This document shows positions 46,876 through 57,604 of a DNA stretch of 64,000 nt, one piece after another. Location of the stretch: positions 50,967 through 114,966 of the forward strand of contig JAMDCK010000019.1 of NCBI GenBank assembly GCA_023488435.1, in the 5' to 3' direction. Each line of letters begins with the position of its first letter. Position 1 is the first letter of the stretch. The notes under the pieces were generated by a model. It did not search any database and was not told where the DNA came from. It saw only the letters and a list, made by a program, of their open reading frames with translations. The DNA comes from Actinomycetota bacterium. Lineage in GTDB: Bacteria > Actinomycetota > Coriobacteriia > Anaerosomatales > UBA912. The position numbers and the translations under genes were made by a program.

Positions 46876-47729
46876 GCTGTCGTTCCACCTCGCCTTGCAT
46901 TTCGAGCCGCTAGAAGCCGAACAGCAGCGGCGTCGGGATCCAATGAGAATTCGCCAACATCGATGCCGTTAGCCTTGGCCAACAACTGGGTCCGCAAGAT
47001 CTCCGGTGGCTGAGTCCCAGCCTCGAAAAATGGCTCCGGATCCGAGATGAGCACCTCGGGGGAGCCGTAGAATACGACCCTACCCTGATTCAGGATCAGT
47101 ACCTGCGAGGCTATTCCGAGGAACTCCTCTACATCATGAGTGGCGACCAATAGGCCGCATTCGTTAGAGACCTCCCGGAGGATCTGTCTCACTCTTGTCC
47201 GTCCGCTAGCATCCAGGGCCGCGGTCGGCTCATCGAGCAACAGGAATCGCGGCTTCATCGCCAGGATTCCTGCGAGAGCTACACGCCTGGCTTCCCCACC
47301 TGACATGGTAAAAGGTGATCTAGGTCCGAAGTGATCGGGCGGCAACCCCACCGACTCGAGAGCGCTACGCGCCAGCAGGTGCGCCTCCGCGCGAGAGTGA
47401 CCCATGTTCATGGGTCCGAATGCGACATCTTGGATAACTGTTTCGGCGAATAGTTGGGACTCGGGGTTCTGGAAGACTAGGCCAAGCCCGGCATCTTTTT
47501 CCAGGAGCGGGGCGTCCACGGGTGCTCCATCCACCTCAATCGATCCGTCAATCGGCCTAAGAAGTCCCGCGATGACGCGAAGTAATGTCGACTTTCCCGA
47601 GCCGGTAGGCCCTACGACCAGGGTGATGTCGCCCAGGGCGAGGTTGATTGAAACGCCACTCAGAGCTTCGTACTCGAAGCTGGTTCCACGCGAATATGTA
47701 AAGGCGACGTCTTTGAGCTGCAACATCAT
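46872..47729 (-). CDS. ecfA2: Energy-coupling factor transporter ATPase EcfA2
   Basis: MMLQLKDVAFTY, Walker A GPTGSGKST, signature MSGGEARR, Walker B LLLDEP. The ATG at 47729 overlaps the ecfA1 stop (ATGA). Confidence 0.92.
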   Translation of the reverse strand: MMLQLKDVAFTYSRGTSFEYEALSGVSINLALGDITLVVGPTGSGKSTLLRVIAGLLRPIDGSIEVDGAPVDAPLLEKDAGLGLVFQNPESQLFAETVIQDVAFGPMNMGHSRAEAHLLARSALESVGLPPDHFGPRSPFTMSGGEARRVALAGILAMKPRFLLLDEPTAALDASGRTRVRQILREVSNECGLLVATHDVEEFLGIASQVLILNQGRVVFYGSPEVLISDPEPFFEAGTQPPEILRTQLLAKANGIDVGEFSLDPDAAAVRLLAARNARRGGTTA

Positions 47730-48574
47730 AGCGCGCCGACGATCCTCTCGGCAGTCATTGCGGTGGCGGGAACTGGCACGCCGAGGTCTCTGAGTCTCCC
47801 GGCGAGGACCCCTATGGGCGGAACGGCTACCCCCCACGACTCAAGGAATCGCTCTTGTTGCAGGAACTCCTCCGGAGTGCCGCAGAAAACCGCTGCTCCC
47901 TTATCTAAGACGAGCACCCTATCAGAGGTAGCGATATCCTCGACATGGTGGGTGATGTGCACGATACCATGATTCAGCGTGCGTAGCTTCTCGATGATGC
48001 CGAGAACGTCTCGGCGCCCAGATGGATCTAGCATAGATGTCGGTTCGTCCAGGACCAGGAAAGCGGGCTGCAGTGCCAGAATTCCGGCAATCGCGAGTCT
48101 TTGCTTCTGGCCCCCTGACAAAAGATGCGGCTCGCGTCGCTCCAGTCCGGTCAACCCAACAGCTTCAAGGGCTGCGTCGACCCTAGCTCGTATCTCTCCC
48201 GGATCAATGCCGAGATTCTCAGGTCCGAAAGCGACATCTTCCTCCACCACCGTAGCAACGATCTGGTCATCTGGACTTTGAAGAACGATCCCAACTAGAC
48301 TACGAATATGTGACGCGTTTCCGGCTTCAGTGGTGAGTATCCCGTCGACTTCGATTTGACCCGATGTGGGATGCAGGAGTCCATTCAGCAAGAGAGCAAG
48401 GGTTGACTTGCCCGAACCATTGGCACCGAGAACCGCTAATACCTCACCCCGGTGGAGGTCGATATTGAGTCCGCTAATCACATCGTGACTCGCAGCTTGG
48501 TATCGGAAATCGACTTCTTCTACACGTATCACCAGTGCCTCCACAACAACCGAGACTTCGGGTCTTGAGACCAA
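47726..48574 (-). CDS. ecfA1: Energy-coupling factor transporter ATPase EcfA1
   Basis: IRVEEVDFRY, GANGSGKST, LSGGQKQR, LVLDEPTSMLD. The start is uncertain. The TTG at 48574 lies 6 nt after GGTGGAGGA. The track start is 48604. Confidence 0.9.
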   Translation of the reverse strand: MVSRPEVSVVVEALVIRVEEVDFRYQAASHDVISGLNIDLHRGEVLAVLGANGSGKSTLALLLNGLLHPTSGQIEVDGILTTEAGNASHIRSLVGIVLQSPDDQIVATVVEEDVAFGPENLGIDPGEIRARVDAALEAVGLTGLERREPHLLSGGQKQRLAIAGILALQPAFLVLDEPTSMLDPSGRRDVLGIIEKLRTLNHGIVHITHHVEDIATSDRVLVLDKGAAVFCGTPEEFLQQERFLESWGVAVPPIGVLAGRLRDLGVPVPATAMTAERIVGAL

Positions 48575-48667
48575 ATATCGTCCTCCACCAAAAGGGCCCC
48601 GCAATCTATGCGAGGCCCTTCAGTGAATCGATAGCGGGCAACTAGCCTACTGCCCATCGCCGGCCTC

Positions 48668-49021
48668 TCAGTCGACGAGCTCCATCATAACCATTGGAGC
48701 TGCGTCACCTTTTCTGGGGCCGAGCTTCAATATGCGGGTGTAGCCGCCCTCTCGGCTCTCGAAACGAGGTGCAACGTCTGCGAAAACTTTGTGGACGAGC
48801 TCTTTATCGCCCAGCTGTGCCATTGCGAGCCTGCGTGAGTGGATGTCGCCTCTCTTGCCCCAAGTTATGATCTTCTCGACAAGAGGTCGCACCTCCTTGG
48901 CGCGCGTCTCGGTGGTCTTAATGCGCTCGTTTGTGAGGAGGGCTGTCGCAAGATTCTTGAGCATGGCATCCGTATGGCTTGCATCGGTGCCTAGCTTTCG
49001 GCCCTTTTTCTGGTGTCTCAT
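48668..49021 (-). CDS. rplQ: 50S ribosomal protein L17
   Basis: [29 protein letters not shown]. Confidence 0.97.
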   Translation of the reverse strand: MRHQKKGRKLGTDASHTDAMLKNLATALLTNERIKTTETRAKEVRPLVEKIITWGKRGDIHSRRLAMAQLGDKELVHKVFADVAPRFESREGGYTRILKLGPRKGDAAPMVMMELVD

Positions 49022-49036
49022 GGTCTTATTGTTCTC

Positions 49037-49975
49037 CTACGCCTTTAGTCCGAGGCCCGCTTGCTGCAGCTTGTCTTTGACCTCTTCTATGGACTTAGCT
49101 CCAAAATTACGGATGTTCAGAAGATCGTTCTCACTACACTCAGTGAGCTGACCGATCGTGTTGACTCCCTGACGCTTGAGGCAGTTGTACGAGCGAACCG
49201 AAAGATCAAGATCCTCGATTGGCTTGTCCAGCTCACTGTCAACGTCATCCTCGACCGCTCTGAAAATGCCCTCCTCGGGCAAGGGAGTCGCCGCCTGATC
49301 GGTGAAGACCAGCATGTGCTCGTTGATGATGTGGCCAGCCCTTGCAACAGCGTCATCGGGGGTGATGGCCCCATTGGTTTCAACTTCGAGGACAAGCTTG
49401 TCATAGTCTGTACGCTGACCGACTCGTGTGTTTCCTACGAGGTAAGTACACCTGCGCACTGGAGAGAACAGCGAGTCGATGGTGATGACTCCGAGCGCCT
49501 CCTCTGAGGGCTTGTTTCGTTCGGCGGAGACATAGCCCCTGCCGACCCTAATCCTAATGCTCATCTCTAGCTTAGCCTTCTCGTCAAGGTTTGCGATGAC
49601 CATATCAGGATTGACAAGCTCGAAGTCCGCAGGAACATTCAGATCATGCCCCGTCACCGGTCCGGGCCCAGTTGCCACCAGAGTAGCGACTGCATCACCT
49701 TCGCCGATGCCAGTCTCACGGAAGACAAGCTGTTTTACGTTGAGAACGATATCCGTGACATCTTCTCTCACGCCCTCGATCGACGAAAACTCATGGTGAA
49801 CGCCCTCAATCCTGATGGAGCTGGCAGCAGCTCCCTGCAGGGACGACAGCAGAGCGCGGCGCATGCAGTTACCCAGCGTATAGCCGAATCCCCGCTCGAG
49901 GGGCTCCAAGGTGTACTGCGCGATGCGGGTGTCGATCTTCTCGACCTTGACGTGCGGTCTCATAAATTCTGTCAC
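49037..49975 (-). CDS. rpoA: DNA-directed RNA polymerase subunit alpha
   Basis: LEPLERGFGYTLGNCMRRALLSS and a C-terminal domain LDLSVRSYNCLKR. Confidence 0.97.
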   Translation of the reverse strand: MTEFMRPHVKVEKIDTRIAQYTLEPLERGFGYTLGNCMRRALLSSLQGAAASSIRIEGVHHEFSSIEGVREDVTDIVLNVKQLVFRETGIGEGDAVATLVATGPGPVTGHDLNVPADFELVNPDMVIANLDEKAKLEMSIRIRVGRGYVSAERNKPSEEALGVITIDSLFSPVRRCTYLVGNTRVGQRTDYDKLVLEVETNGAITPDDAVARAGHIINEHMLVFTDQAATPLPEEGIFRAVEDDVDSELDKPIEDLDLSVRSYNCLKRQGVNTIGQLTECSENDLLNIRNFGAKSIEEVKDKLQQAGLGLKA

Positions 49976-50010
49976 TTTTCCTACAACCCTCCTCGGCCGA
50001 TCCAGGCGAC

Positions 50011-50637
50011 CTACTTAGAGTACAGTTCCACAATCAACTGCTCGCGAACAGGAGCATCGATCTGATCACGCTCTGGGAGAGAGAGGACCTTGCCGGCCAA
50101 TCTCTCGATGTCCACCTCAAGCCATCCCGGAACCTCAATCTTCTCCGAGGAGATCAGGGCCGTCTTGATAAGCAACAAGTCGCGCGATTTCTCGGCGACA
50201 GCGATCGTATCGCCCTTGCGCACTCGATAGGACGGAATGTCTACTCGCCTGCCGTTCACGGTGATGTGTCCGTGCCTGACGACTTGCCTGGCCTCATCGC
50301 GAGACTTCGCAAAGCCCAGACGATAGACCACATTATCCAGTCTGCTTTCGAGCAGACGGAGAAGATTCTGTCCCGTAACACCTGCCTGGCGATTCGCCAG
50401 ATCATAGTAGCCGCGGAACTGCTTCTCCAGAAGGCCATAGATTCTCTTGGTCTTCTGCTTCTCGCGCAACTGTACCCTGTACTCCGAGTCGCGCGGCCTG
50501 CGCTTCCCGGCCATACCTGGCGGGTAAGGACGCTTCTCCACTGCACACTTGTCCATATAGCAGCGGTCGCCCTTCAGAAACAATTTCACACCTTCGCGGC
50601 GGCAGAGTCTGCAGTCCGCCCCGGTATACCTTGCCAT
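50011..50637 (-). CDS. rpsD: 30S ribosomal protein S4
   Basis: [25 protein letters not shown], with an S4 RNA-binding domain. Confidence 0.97.
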   Translation of the reverse strand: MARYTGADCRLCRREGVKLFLKGDRCYMDKCAVEKRPYPPGMAGKRRPRDSEYRVQLREKQKTKRIYGLLEKQFRGYYDLANRQAGVTGQNLLRLLESRLDNVVYRLGFAKSRDEARQVVRHGHITVNGRRVDIPSYRVRKGDTIAVAEKSRDLLLIKTALISSEKIEVPGWLEVDIERLAGKVLSLPERDQIDAPVREQLIVELYSK

Positions 50638-50656
50638 AATCGAAGCCCTCCGTTAT

Positions 50657-51058
50657 CTAGACCCGACGACGCTTGCGCGGTCGGCAACCATTGTGGGGAA
50701 CAGGCGTACAATCCTGTATCGTGGCGATCTCAAGTCCAGCAGCCTGCAGTGAGCGAACTGCTGTTTCTCTACCAGAGCCAGGGCCCTTGACGAAAACCGA
50801 GACCTTTCGCATTCCATGTTCCATTGCGGCTTTGGCGCAAGCTTCTGCGGCCATCTGAGCTGCGAAGGGCGTGGACTTGCGTGATCCCTTGAACCCGACT
50901 GTCCCAGCCGACTGCCATGCGATGACATTGCCCTGGGGATCGGTAATCGTTATTACAGTATTGTTGAACGTACTCTTGATGTGAGCGTGGCCGACCGCAA
51001 CATTCTTGCGCTCGGATCTACGTACACGAGTGGTAACATTCTTTTTCTTGGCTGCCAT
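50657..51058 (-). CDS. rpsK: 30S ribosomal protein S11
   Basis: [32 protein letters not shown]. Confidence 0.97.
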   Translation of the reverse strand: MAAKKKNVTTRVRRSERKNVAVGHAHIKSTFNNTVITITDPQGNVIAWQSAGTVGFKGSRKSTPFAAQMAAEACAKAAMEHGMRKVSVFVKGPGSGRETAVRSLQAAGLEIATIQDCTPVPHNGCRPRKRRRV

Positions 51059-51061
51059 TCC

Positions 51062-51436
51062 TTACTTGCCCTTCTTCTTGGCGCCGATTTGACGCCTTGG
51101 ACCTTTGCGGGTTCGTGCGTTCGTATGCGTGCGCTGCCCACGAACTGGGAGCCCACGACGATGTCTCAACCCACGATAGCACCCGATCTCCATCAGCCGC
51201 TTGATGTTCTGGCTGACCTCACGACGAAGATCTCCTTCTACGCGGAGGTTCTTGTCTATGATTTCGCGAAGCCGGATGACTTCTTCCTCTGTCAGATCTC
51301 GCACCCTTGTGTCAGCTGAGACACCGGATTCGCGAATAATCTGTTGGCTTGTAGTCAAGCCAACACCATAAATATAGGTCAGACCCACCTCGACACGCTT
51401 GTCTCTTGGCAGGTCAACACCTGCGATTCGGGCCAC
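51062..51436 (-). CDS. rpsM: 30S ribosomal protein S13
   Basis: [26 protein letters not shown]. The GTG at 51436 matches the family N-terminus. Confidence 0.95.
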   Translation of the reverse strand: MARIAGVDLPRDKRVEVGLTYIYGVGLTTSQQIIRESGVSADTRVRDLTEEEVIRLREIIDKNLRVEGDLRREVSQNIKRLMEIGCYRGLRHRRGLPVRGQRTHTNARTRKGPRRQIGAKKKGK

Positions 51437-51450
51437 TCGTCCTACCTCCT

Positions 51451-51564
51451 CTAACCTTGCCGTTGCTTGTGGCGTGGATTTTCGCAGATGACCAGTACGC
51501 GCCCATGGCGACGGATCACCTTGCATTTGTCACATATCTGTTTGACGGAAGGTCTTACCTTCAT
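51451..51564 (-). CDS. rpmJ: 50S ribosomal protein L36 (zinc-binding type)
   Basis: Absent from the ORF track (37 aa). My translation of the minus strand is [37 protein letters not shown] followed by a stop. It sits in the conserved infA-rpmJ-rpsM position. Confidence 0.93.
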   Translation of the reverse strand: MKVRPSVKQICDKCKVIRRHGRVLVICENPRHKQRQG

Positions 51565-51682
51565 TGCTCTTCCTTTCGATGGTGCATATCTATCTCTTCA
51601 CCCAGCCGCAGGTGTCTGATTTCCAGTAATCCAGCACGGGCTCGGCCCGCATCACACCATAAGTGTGAGTTCCAGCAGCATA

Positions 51683-51904
51683 CTACTTGTATCTGTACGT
51701 GATTCGCCCTCGAGTCAGATCGTAGGGCGAAAGCTCAACAACAACTCGATCTCCAGGCAGTATTCGGATATAGTGCATCCTCATCTTGCCCGATATGTGC
51801 GCCAATACCTTGTGGCCGTTTTCAAGCTCCACCCGAAACATAGCATTGGGCAAAGGCTCGACAACAGTGCCTTCCATCTCTATCGACTCTTCACGCGTCG
51901 CCAC
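51683..51904 (-). CDS. infA: Translation initiation factor IF-1
   Basis: [38 protein letters not shown]. Confidence 0.97.
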   Translation of the reverse strand: MATREESIEMEGTVVEPLPNAMFRVELENGHKVLAHISGKMRMHYIRILPGDRVVVELSPYDLTRGRITYRYK

Positions 51905-51983
51905 CAGCTAGGGTCTCCTTACTAAGGCTTTTGGTCGCAAATGGTCAGTATACTGATTCTCAAGGGCGCCGTCCACAGAAAAT

Positions 51984-52736
51984 CTAACCTCGGTATTCCG
52001 TCAAAACTTGAGGGCCAGTCTCGTGAATGGCCACCGTGTGTTCATAGTGCGCAGACAACGAGTCATCCGCCGTTACCACAGTCCACCCATCTGGCAGGGA
52101 TCTGACCTCGTGGCCTCCAGCGTTAATCATCGGCTCGATTGCCAGGACCATGCCTGCCTTCAGGGTCGGCCCCTGACCAGGCGGGCCGAAATTAGGAATC
52201 TGCGGTTCTTCATGCATGGATCTCCCGATACCATGTCCTACATACTCACGAACCACACCAAACCCCTCGGCTTCGGCCACCTTCTGTATCTCTGCCGACA
52301 CATCGGAAAGCTTGGCCCCCACGACCGCCTTGGCTATGCCTGCCTCAAGTGCTCGCTTGGTGACAGTCATTAAGTGACTAGCTCTGTGATCAACTTCGCC
52401 AACTGCAAAGGTGATCGCACAGTCACCATGATATCCATCCAAAACAGCGCCTACATCGACGGACAGTATGTCGCCTTCCTTCAACCTGCGCTCCGAAGGG
52501 ATGCCATGCACGACCTCGTTGTTGATTGAAGCGCATATTGATGCCGGGAAGCCGTGGTAGCCCTTGAACGCTGGGGTTGCCCCCAGAGATCGAATGACGT
52601 CCTCTGCGATTGCATCAAGTTTCAGGGTAGTGACACCTGGGCGAATGTTCTCCGCCACACACCTGAGCGCCGCTGCAGTGATTCTGCCGGCCTCGCGCAT
52701 AATTTCAATCTCGTCAGGCGACTTGCGAATTATCAC
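51984..52736 (-). CDS. map: Type I methionine aminopeptidase
   Basis: VVHGIP, DVGAVLDGYHGD, GHGIG, EPM; metal ligands present. Confidence 0.95.
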   Translation of the reverse strand: MIIRKSPDEIEIMREAGRITAAALRCVAENIRPGVTTLKLDAIAEDVIRSLGATPAFKGYHGFPASICASINNEVVHGIPSERRLKEGDILSVDVGAVLDGYHGDCAITFAVGEVDHRASHLMTVTKRALEAGIAKAVVGAKLSDVSAEIQKVAEAEGFGVVREYVGHGIGRSMHEEPQIPNFGPPGQGPTLKAGMVLAIEPMINAGGHEVRSLPDGWTVVTADDSLSAHYEHTVAIHETGPQVLTEYRG

Positions 52737-52745
52737 TTCGAGGAA

Positions 52746-53372
52746 TCATCTTCCCAAGCTGGTGCGGATATCGACCCACACGTCGTCCGGGCTCTTGGAT
52801 CCATCGATTTCAGTGAGAATTCCTTTGTCCCTGAAGTAGCCGATCAGGGGCGCAGTCGAGCGATTGTATACTTCTAGGCGATTCCGAACTGTCTGCTCGT
52901 TATCGTCCTCTCGCTGGACTAGTCGCCCCCCACAAGCGGAGCACTTGTCACCTTCGTTCATGCTGGTGATTCGACCGCATGCCTCGCAAGCACGACGTGA
53001 GGTCAATCTCTTCACGACGATCTCCTGATCGACATCGATGCTGATCGCACGGTCCAGAGTGATGCCGATGTCCGCCAGCTCCTTGTCAAGGACCTCAGCC
53101 TGACTGATGTTCCTCGGGAAGCCATCAAGGATGAAGCCCGATCCAGCTACTTCGGCGATGCCGGACTTCACAAGCCCTATGACGATAAAGTCGGGTACGA
53201 GATCACCAGCGTCCATGTATGCCTTCGCCTGAACGCCCAGCGGGGTCTTGTTAGCAACAGCTTGCCTTAGGATGTCGCCCGTGGAGATGTGCTTCAGGCC
53301 CCACTCCTTGACCATCCTTGCAGACTGTGTGCCCTTGCCGACGCCTGGCGCACCTAGTAGCACTAGCTTCAT
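52746..53372 (-). CDS. adk: Adenylate kinase (zinc-lid type)
   Basis: LLGAPGVGKGTQ, GFILDGFPR. The lid carries C..C...C..C (RRACEACG...CSACGG). Confidence 0.95.
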   Translation of the reverse strand: MKLVLLGAPGVGKGTQSARMVKEWGLKHISTGDILRQAVANKTPLGVQAKAYMDAGDLVPDFIVIGLVKSGIAEVAGSGFILDGFPRNISQAEVLDKELADIGITLDRAISIDVDQEIVVKRLTSRRACEACGRITSMNEGDKCSACGGRLVQREDDNEQTVRNRLEVYNRSTAPLIGYFRDKGILTEIDGSKSPDDVWVDIRTSLGR

Positions 53373-53396
53373 CCAAGTATCTCCTCTGCTTCTCGC

Positions 53397-54650
53397 TTAC
53401 TTGAAGAACCCGTCGTAGTGACGCATCTTTAGCTGACTCTCGAGTTGGGTCATCGTCTCAAGCGCCACCGATACCATGATTAGGATGGATGCCCCGCCGA
53501 ATTGGTCGAGGATGGCCATATCAGTAGCCCTGAAGTAAATGGTCGGCAAGATCGCTATCGCGGCCAAGAAAACAGCTCCTGGCAAAGTAATGCGGTTCAT
53601 GACGCTTTCGAGATAGTTTACGGTCGCCTTACCAGGTCGAACGCTCGGGATGAATCCACCGTTCTTCCGAAGGTTATCCGCAAGGTCGATTGGATTGAAC
53701 ACCAATGCCGAGTAGAAGTAGGCGAAGAAAATGATCATCAACGAGAACATCACGTAATAGAGCCAGCCTTGAGACAGGGCGTTCCCTACGTTGATGAGAA
53801 ATGCGTTGCCTGTGATCTGCGCTAGCTGCGCGGGGAAGAACAGTATCGCCGAGGCGAAGATGATCGGAATCACTCCAGCCCCGTTGATTTTGAACGGGAT
53901 GTAGGTGCCTGAACCGCCATATACCTTCCGCCCGACAACGCGCTTAGCGTACTGGACAGGTATACGCCTCTGTCCTCTCTCCATCACGACCACTAACGCG
54001 ACAACAACAAGGAACATGATTATCGTCACAACGAAGACAAGAATATGACCGAGTTGAACGACCTGCCAGACAGCAGCAGGGAACATCGCAACGATGCTCG
54101 CAAAGATAATCAAGGACATACCGTTACCGATTCCCTTTTGAGTAATCAGCTCACCCATCCACATTATGAGCATGGCGCCGGCTACCAAGGTTAAGACGAT
54201 GACGCCGTTGTTGACCCACCCTAATCCGCCGCCCGGGCCCGCAAGGGCTTGACGGAAGACCGTGAGCAAGCCAAGTGCGTTGAGGACTGCTATCCCCAAC
54301 GTGAGATACCGAGTCCACTGAGTGATCTTGCGCTGCCCGGTCTCGCCCTCTTTGCTCCAGCGCTCGAGCTTAGGGATGACCCCTTTGAGTAGCTGCATGA
54401 TGATCGATGCCGTGATGTATGGCATGATCCCCAGCGAGAAGACGGCAAATGTGGATAATGCCCCTCCAGCAAAAAGATTCAGCAAGCCGAGTGCTGCCTG
54501 GCCCTGAACCAACGCCTGGACTCTTTCTACATCCACCCCAGGTACCGGGATGTATGCACCTATTCTGTAGAGCCCCAAGACTGCCAATGTGAATACGATC
54601 TTGCCTCGAAGCTCAGGTATTCGCAATGCATTGGCGATTGCTGCTATCAC
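53397..54650 (-). CDS. secY: Preprotein translocase subunit SecY
   Basis: Polytopic protein with LGIMPYITASII, GNGMSLIIF. Position after rplO. Confidence 0.96.
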   Translation of the reverse strand: MIAAIANALRIPELRGKIVFTLAVLGLYRIGAYIPVPGVDVERVQALVQGQAALGLLNLFAGGALSTFAVFSLGIMPYITASIIMQLLKGVIPKLERWSKEGETGQRKITQWTRYLTLGIAVLNALGLLTVFRQALAGPGGGLGWVNNGVIVLTLVAGAMLIMWMGELITQKGIGNGMSLIIFASIVAMFPAAVWQVVQLGHILVFVVTIIMFLVVVALVVVMERGQRRIPVQYAKRVVGRKVYGGSGTYIPFKINGAGVIPIIFASAILFFPAQLAQITGNAFLINVGNALSQGWLYYVMFSLMIIFFAYFYSALVFNPIDLADNLRKNGGFIPSVRPGKATVNYLESVMNRITLPGAVFLAAIAILPTIYFRATDMAILDQFGGASILIMVSVALETMTQLESQLKMRHYDGFFK

Positions 54651-55093
54651 GGGGATTCAACCTTTCCTCCTGCGGCAACGATCTTTTCGGCAGCCGAAGC
54701 TGAGACCTTGTCGACCCTAATAATGAGCGGCTTGGTGATTTCCCCATCGCCGAGAATCTTGATCGCGGTCTTGCTGGACTTTACCACGCCCGCGGCGTGC
54801 AGGGTGGCGGGATCGACGACATCCCCAGAGGAGAAGTGATCCTCAAGGCGCCCTACATTGACCACGGAGTATTCCAACCGGAATCGATTCTTGAACCCCG
54901 GAAGCTTCGGTAGCCTCATGTGCAGGGGATTCTGTCCACCCTCGAATCCGGGGCCCTTACCGCCACCAGAACGGGATAGCTGGCCGTTGTTTCCCTTACC
55001 TGAGCGACCACCGTGTCCACTCCCGTGGCCACGACCGACTCTTTTCTTCTTCTTTCGAGATCCCGGTGCCGGGAACAAATCATGAATCTGCAT
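54647..55093 (-). CDS. rplO: 50S ribosomal protein L15
   Basis: MQIHDLFPAPGSRKKKKRVGRGHGSGHGGRSGKG. Confidence 0.96.
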   Translation of the reverse strand: MQIHDLFPAPGSRKKKKRVGRGHGSGHGGRSGKGNNGQLSRSGGGKGPGFEGGQNPLHMRLPKLPGFKNRFRLEYSVVNVGRLEDHFSSGDVVDPATLHAAGVVKSSKTAIKILGDGEITKPLIIRVDKVSASAAEKIVAAGGKVESP

Positions 55094-55116
55094 TTACTCT
55101 CCTGACTCTCGCTAAA

Positions 55117-55160
55117 GTCGGACTTGTGTTATCCGACCCTGCCGACTGCTCGCTGTCGGC
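55117..55160 (-). other. Two adjacent 6-bp stem-loops in the roughly 90-nt rpmD-rplO spacer
   Basis: GTCGGA-N9-TCCGAC (55117-55137) and GCCGAC-N8-GTCGGC (55141-55160). The function is unknown. Confidence 0.3.
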
Positions 55161-55183
55161 GAACTGACTGGACGTTCCTTGGG

Positions 55184-55369
55184 TCAGATGATCTCCTCGA
55201 CCTCGACCAAGTGCTTCACCTTGAAGACCATGCCTCTGATGACGGGAGTGTCATCATGCTCCACGCAGTGGTTGATTCGCTTGAGTCCCAACGCCCTGAC
55301 GGTTGCCTTTTGGTCCTTGGCAAAACCGATAACACTGCGCTTTTGGGTAATCCTGAGTTTGGGTGCCAT
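55184..55369 (-). CDS. rpmD: 50S ribosomal protein L30
   Basis: [25 protein letters not shown]. Confidence 0.95.
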   Translation of the reverse strand: MAPKLRITQKRSVIGFAKDQKATVRALGLKRINHCVEHDDTPVIRGMVFKVKHLVEVEEII

Positions 55370-55375
55370 TGATTC

Positions 55376-55885
55376 CTAATCCTCCAAACCATACAGCTGC
55401 GCAACGGTCTTGCCCCGCTTGCGAGCAATGTCCTCGGCGCTGGAAAGCGATTTCAGCCCTTCGGCTGCGGCCTTGACCATGTTAAGCGCATTGTTTGTGC
55501 CAAGCGACTTTGAAAGGACGTCCTTGACTCCTGCAAGTTCGAGGAGTGCCCTGACGGGTCCTCCGGCTATGACGCCCGTTCCGGGGCTGGCCGGCTTGAG
55601 CAGCACTTCGCCAGCGCCAAACTCACCAACGACCGAATGTGGAATCGTGGTGCCACTCAAGGCTACCTTGAACATGTTCTTCTTGGCGTCCTCGATGCCC
55701 TTTTTGATGGCGATAGGCACTTCTTGGGACTTGCCCATACCCACGCCGACATTTCCGGCGCCATCTCCGACGACAACTAAGGCAGTCAGAGCGAACCTCC
55801 GGCCGCCTTTGACGACCTTGGATACCCTGTTTATATAGACAACTTTCTCCTGCAACTCCGAAACCGGAGCATCTCTACGCGGCAT
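55376..55885 (-). CDS. rpsE: 30S ribosomal protein S5
   Basis: [32 protein letters not shown]. Confidence 0.97.
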   Translation of the reverse strand: MPRRDAPVSELQEKVVYINRVSKVVKGGRRFALTALVVVGDGAGNVGVGMGKSQEVPIAIKKGIEDAKKNMFKVALSGTTIPHSVVGEFGAGEVLLKPASPGTGVIAGGPVRALLELAGVKDVLSKSLGTNNALNMVKAAAEGLKSLSSAEDIARKRGKTVAQLYGLED

Positions 55886-55896
55886 TCCAAGCCTCC

Positions 55897-56265
55897 CTAA
55901 AACTGCAATCCGGCGCTACGTGCGCCGTCGGCCAATGCCTTGACCCGACCATGATACAAACGTCCCGAACGATCGAAAACAATCTCCGAGATGCCCTTCT
56001 CTACAGCGCGGCGACCCAGTGTTTCGCCGATTGATTTCGCCGCATCGACGTTGCCACTGCTCTTCAGCAAACCACGGACCTGGGGATCCAGTGACGAAGC
56101 TGCTACCAAGGTGACACCAGCCACGTCATCGATCAGCTGTGCATAGATGTGCACGTTGGTTCGCGTGACACAAAGACGGGGCCTTTCGGCCGTCCCTGAC
56201 ACCTTTCCACGAACCCGGGTCTTGCGCCTTGCCAATCCTGCTCTCTTAGATTTCAGCCTATCCAT
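55897..56265 (-). CDS. rplR: 50S ribosomal protein L18
   Basis: [20 protein letters not shown]...[27 protein letters not shown]. Confidence 0.97.
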   Translation of the reverse strand: MDRLKSKRAGLARRKTRVRGKVSGTAERPRLCVTRTNVHIYAQLIDDVAGVTLVAASSLDPQVRGLLKSSGNVDAAKSIGETLGRRAVEKGISEIVFDRSGRLYHGRVKALADGARSAGLQF

Positions 56266-56318
56266 GGCTCACAACATCTCCTCGAAATATCGTTACTTTT
56301 CTAATCATCTCCAGCAGA

Positions 56319-56855
56319 CTACTTGGCTGTCTTGCCGAGCTTCCTACGGACATGCTCTCCTTCGTACCTGACTCCCTTACCCTTGTAGGGCTCAGGTGGA
56401 CGCCAGCCACGGATCTCGGCAGCGATCTGCCCGACGCGCTGCTTGTCGATGCCTCGAACGGTGATCTTCGTGGGCGCTGGGACCTCAAAACTGATGTTGG
56501 GCTCAGCATTGATGTTGACTGGATGCGAGAATCCCAACTGCATCTCAAGATCCTCACCCTTCAGCGCAGCCCTGTAGCCGACCCCGACGATCTCCAGGTT
56601 CTTGTGGAATCCTTCGGAAACACCCACCACCATGTTATGCACTAGAGTGCGGGTCAAACCATGAAGCGCGCGATGCCTTCTTGCATCGCTTGGCCTCTCG
56701 ACTGTGATGACTCCGTCTTCAAGTCGGATGATCATCTCCTCGTCGAACTGCTGGACCAGCTCACCCTTGGGGCCTTTCACCTTCATATTGTTGTTCTCTA
56801 TCCTCACCTCGACCCCGGATGGGACCGGGATGGGCTGTTTGCCGATACGAGACAC
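56319..56855 (-). CDS. rplF: 50S ribosomal protein L6
   Basis: [17 protein letters not shown]. The GTG at 56855 matches the family N-terminus. The track start overlaps rpsH. Confidence 0.95.
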   Translation of the reverse strand: MSRIGKQPIPVPSGVEVRIENNNMKVKGPKGELVQQFDEEMIIRLEDGVITVERPSDARRHRALHGLTRTLVHNMVVGVSEGFHKNLEIVGVGYRAALKGEDLEMQLGFSHPVNINAEPNISFEVPAPTKITVRGIDKQRVGQIAAEIRGWRPPEPYKGKGVRYEGEHVRRKLGKTAK

Positions 56856-56886
56856 GGCGATGCTCCTTTCCTTCAGTCCTGTCCGG

Positions 56887-57285
56887 TTACCAGATGTAGG
56901 CGATGACTTCGCCACCGACGCCAGCTTTGCGTGCCTCGCGATCCGTCATCACCCCGCTAGAAGTGGATACCACAGCGATGCCGAGACCCCCGAGTACACG
57001 TGGGAGCTCGTCCTTCTTGGCGTACACACGAAGTCCGGGCTTCGAAATCCGCTTTATCCCGGTGATGGTCCTCTGCTTCTTGGGACCATATTTCAAAGTA
57101 ATCTCCAGGGAGTCTTGCGGGTTCCCCGGAACTACGGTGAACTCTTCGATATATCCCTCTTGATGCATCACGCGAGCGATCTCCACCAACTTCTTCGAAG
57201 CGGGCATCGCCGTCGATGCCTTGTAGGCCGAGTTGGCGTTCCTGACTCGAGTCAGCATATCGGCTATGGGATCTGTCATACTCAT
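56887..57285 (-). CDS. rpsH: 30S ribosomal protein S8
   Basis: [17 protein letters not shown]. Confidence 0.97.
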   Translation of the reverse strand: MSMTDPIADMLTRVRNANSAYKASTAMPASKKLVEIARVMHQEGYIEEFTVVPGNPQDSLEITLKYGPKKQRTITGIKRISKPGLRVYAKKDELPRVLGGLGIAVVSTSSGVMTDREARKAGVGGEVIAYIW

Positions 57286-57378
57286 TTATTGACCTCCTAT
57301 GGTCCAAAACAGTCGCTTGCACCGGTTCACGCTCACCCTTAGCGGGCGCGCCTTTGTGCAAGATGCCTCGCAGTGCTG

Positions 57379-57564
57379 CTACCAGCTAGCCTTGCGAACT
57401 CCTGGAAGCTCGCCGCGATTGGCAAGCACCCTCAAGCAGATCCGGCAAAGACCGAACTGCCGAAAGAATCCTCTGGGACGACCGCAGCGTGTGCAGCGAT
57501 TTACCCCGCGAACCGAAAACTTTGGTTTGCGCGCCGCCTTTGCGATCATCGACTTCTTCGCCAC
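57379..57564 (-). CDS. rpsZ: 30S ribosomal protein S14 type Z (zinc-binding)
   Basis: 61 aa. [20 protein letters not shown]. Confidence 0.96.
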   Translation of the reverse strand: MAKKSMIAKAARKPKFSVRGVNRCTRCGRPRGFFRQFGLCRICLRVLANRGELPGVRKASW

Positions 57565-57604
57565 TAGTAAACCTCCTTAATGAAACCGTTTATCTAAGAC
57601 GCCT

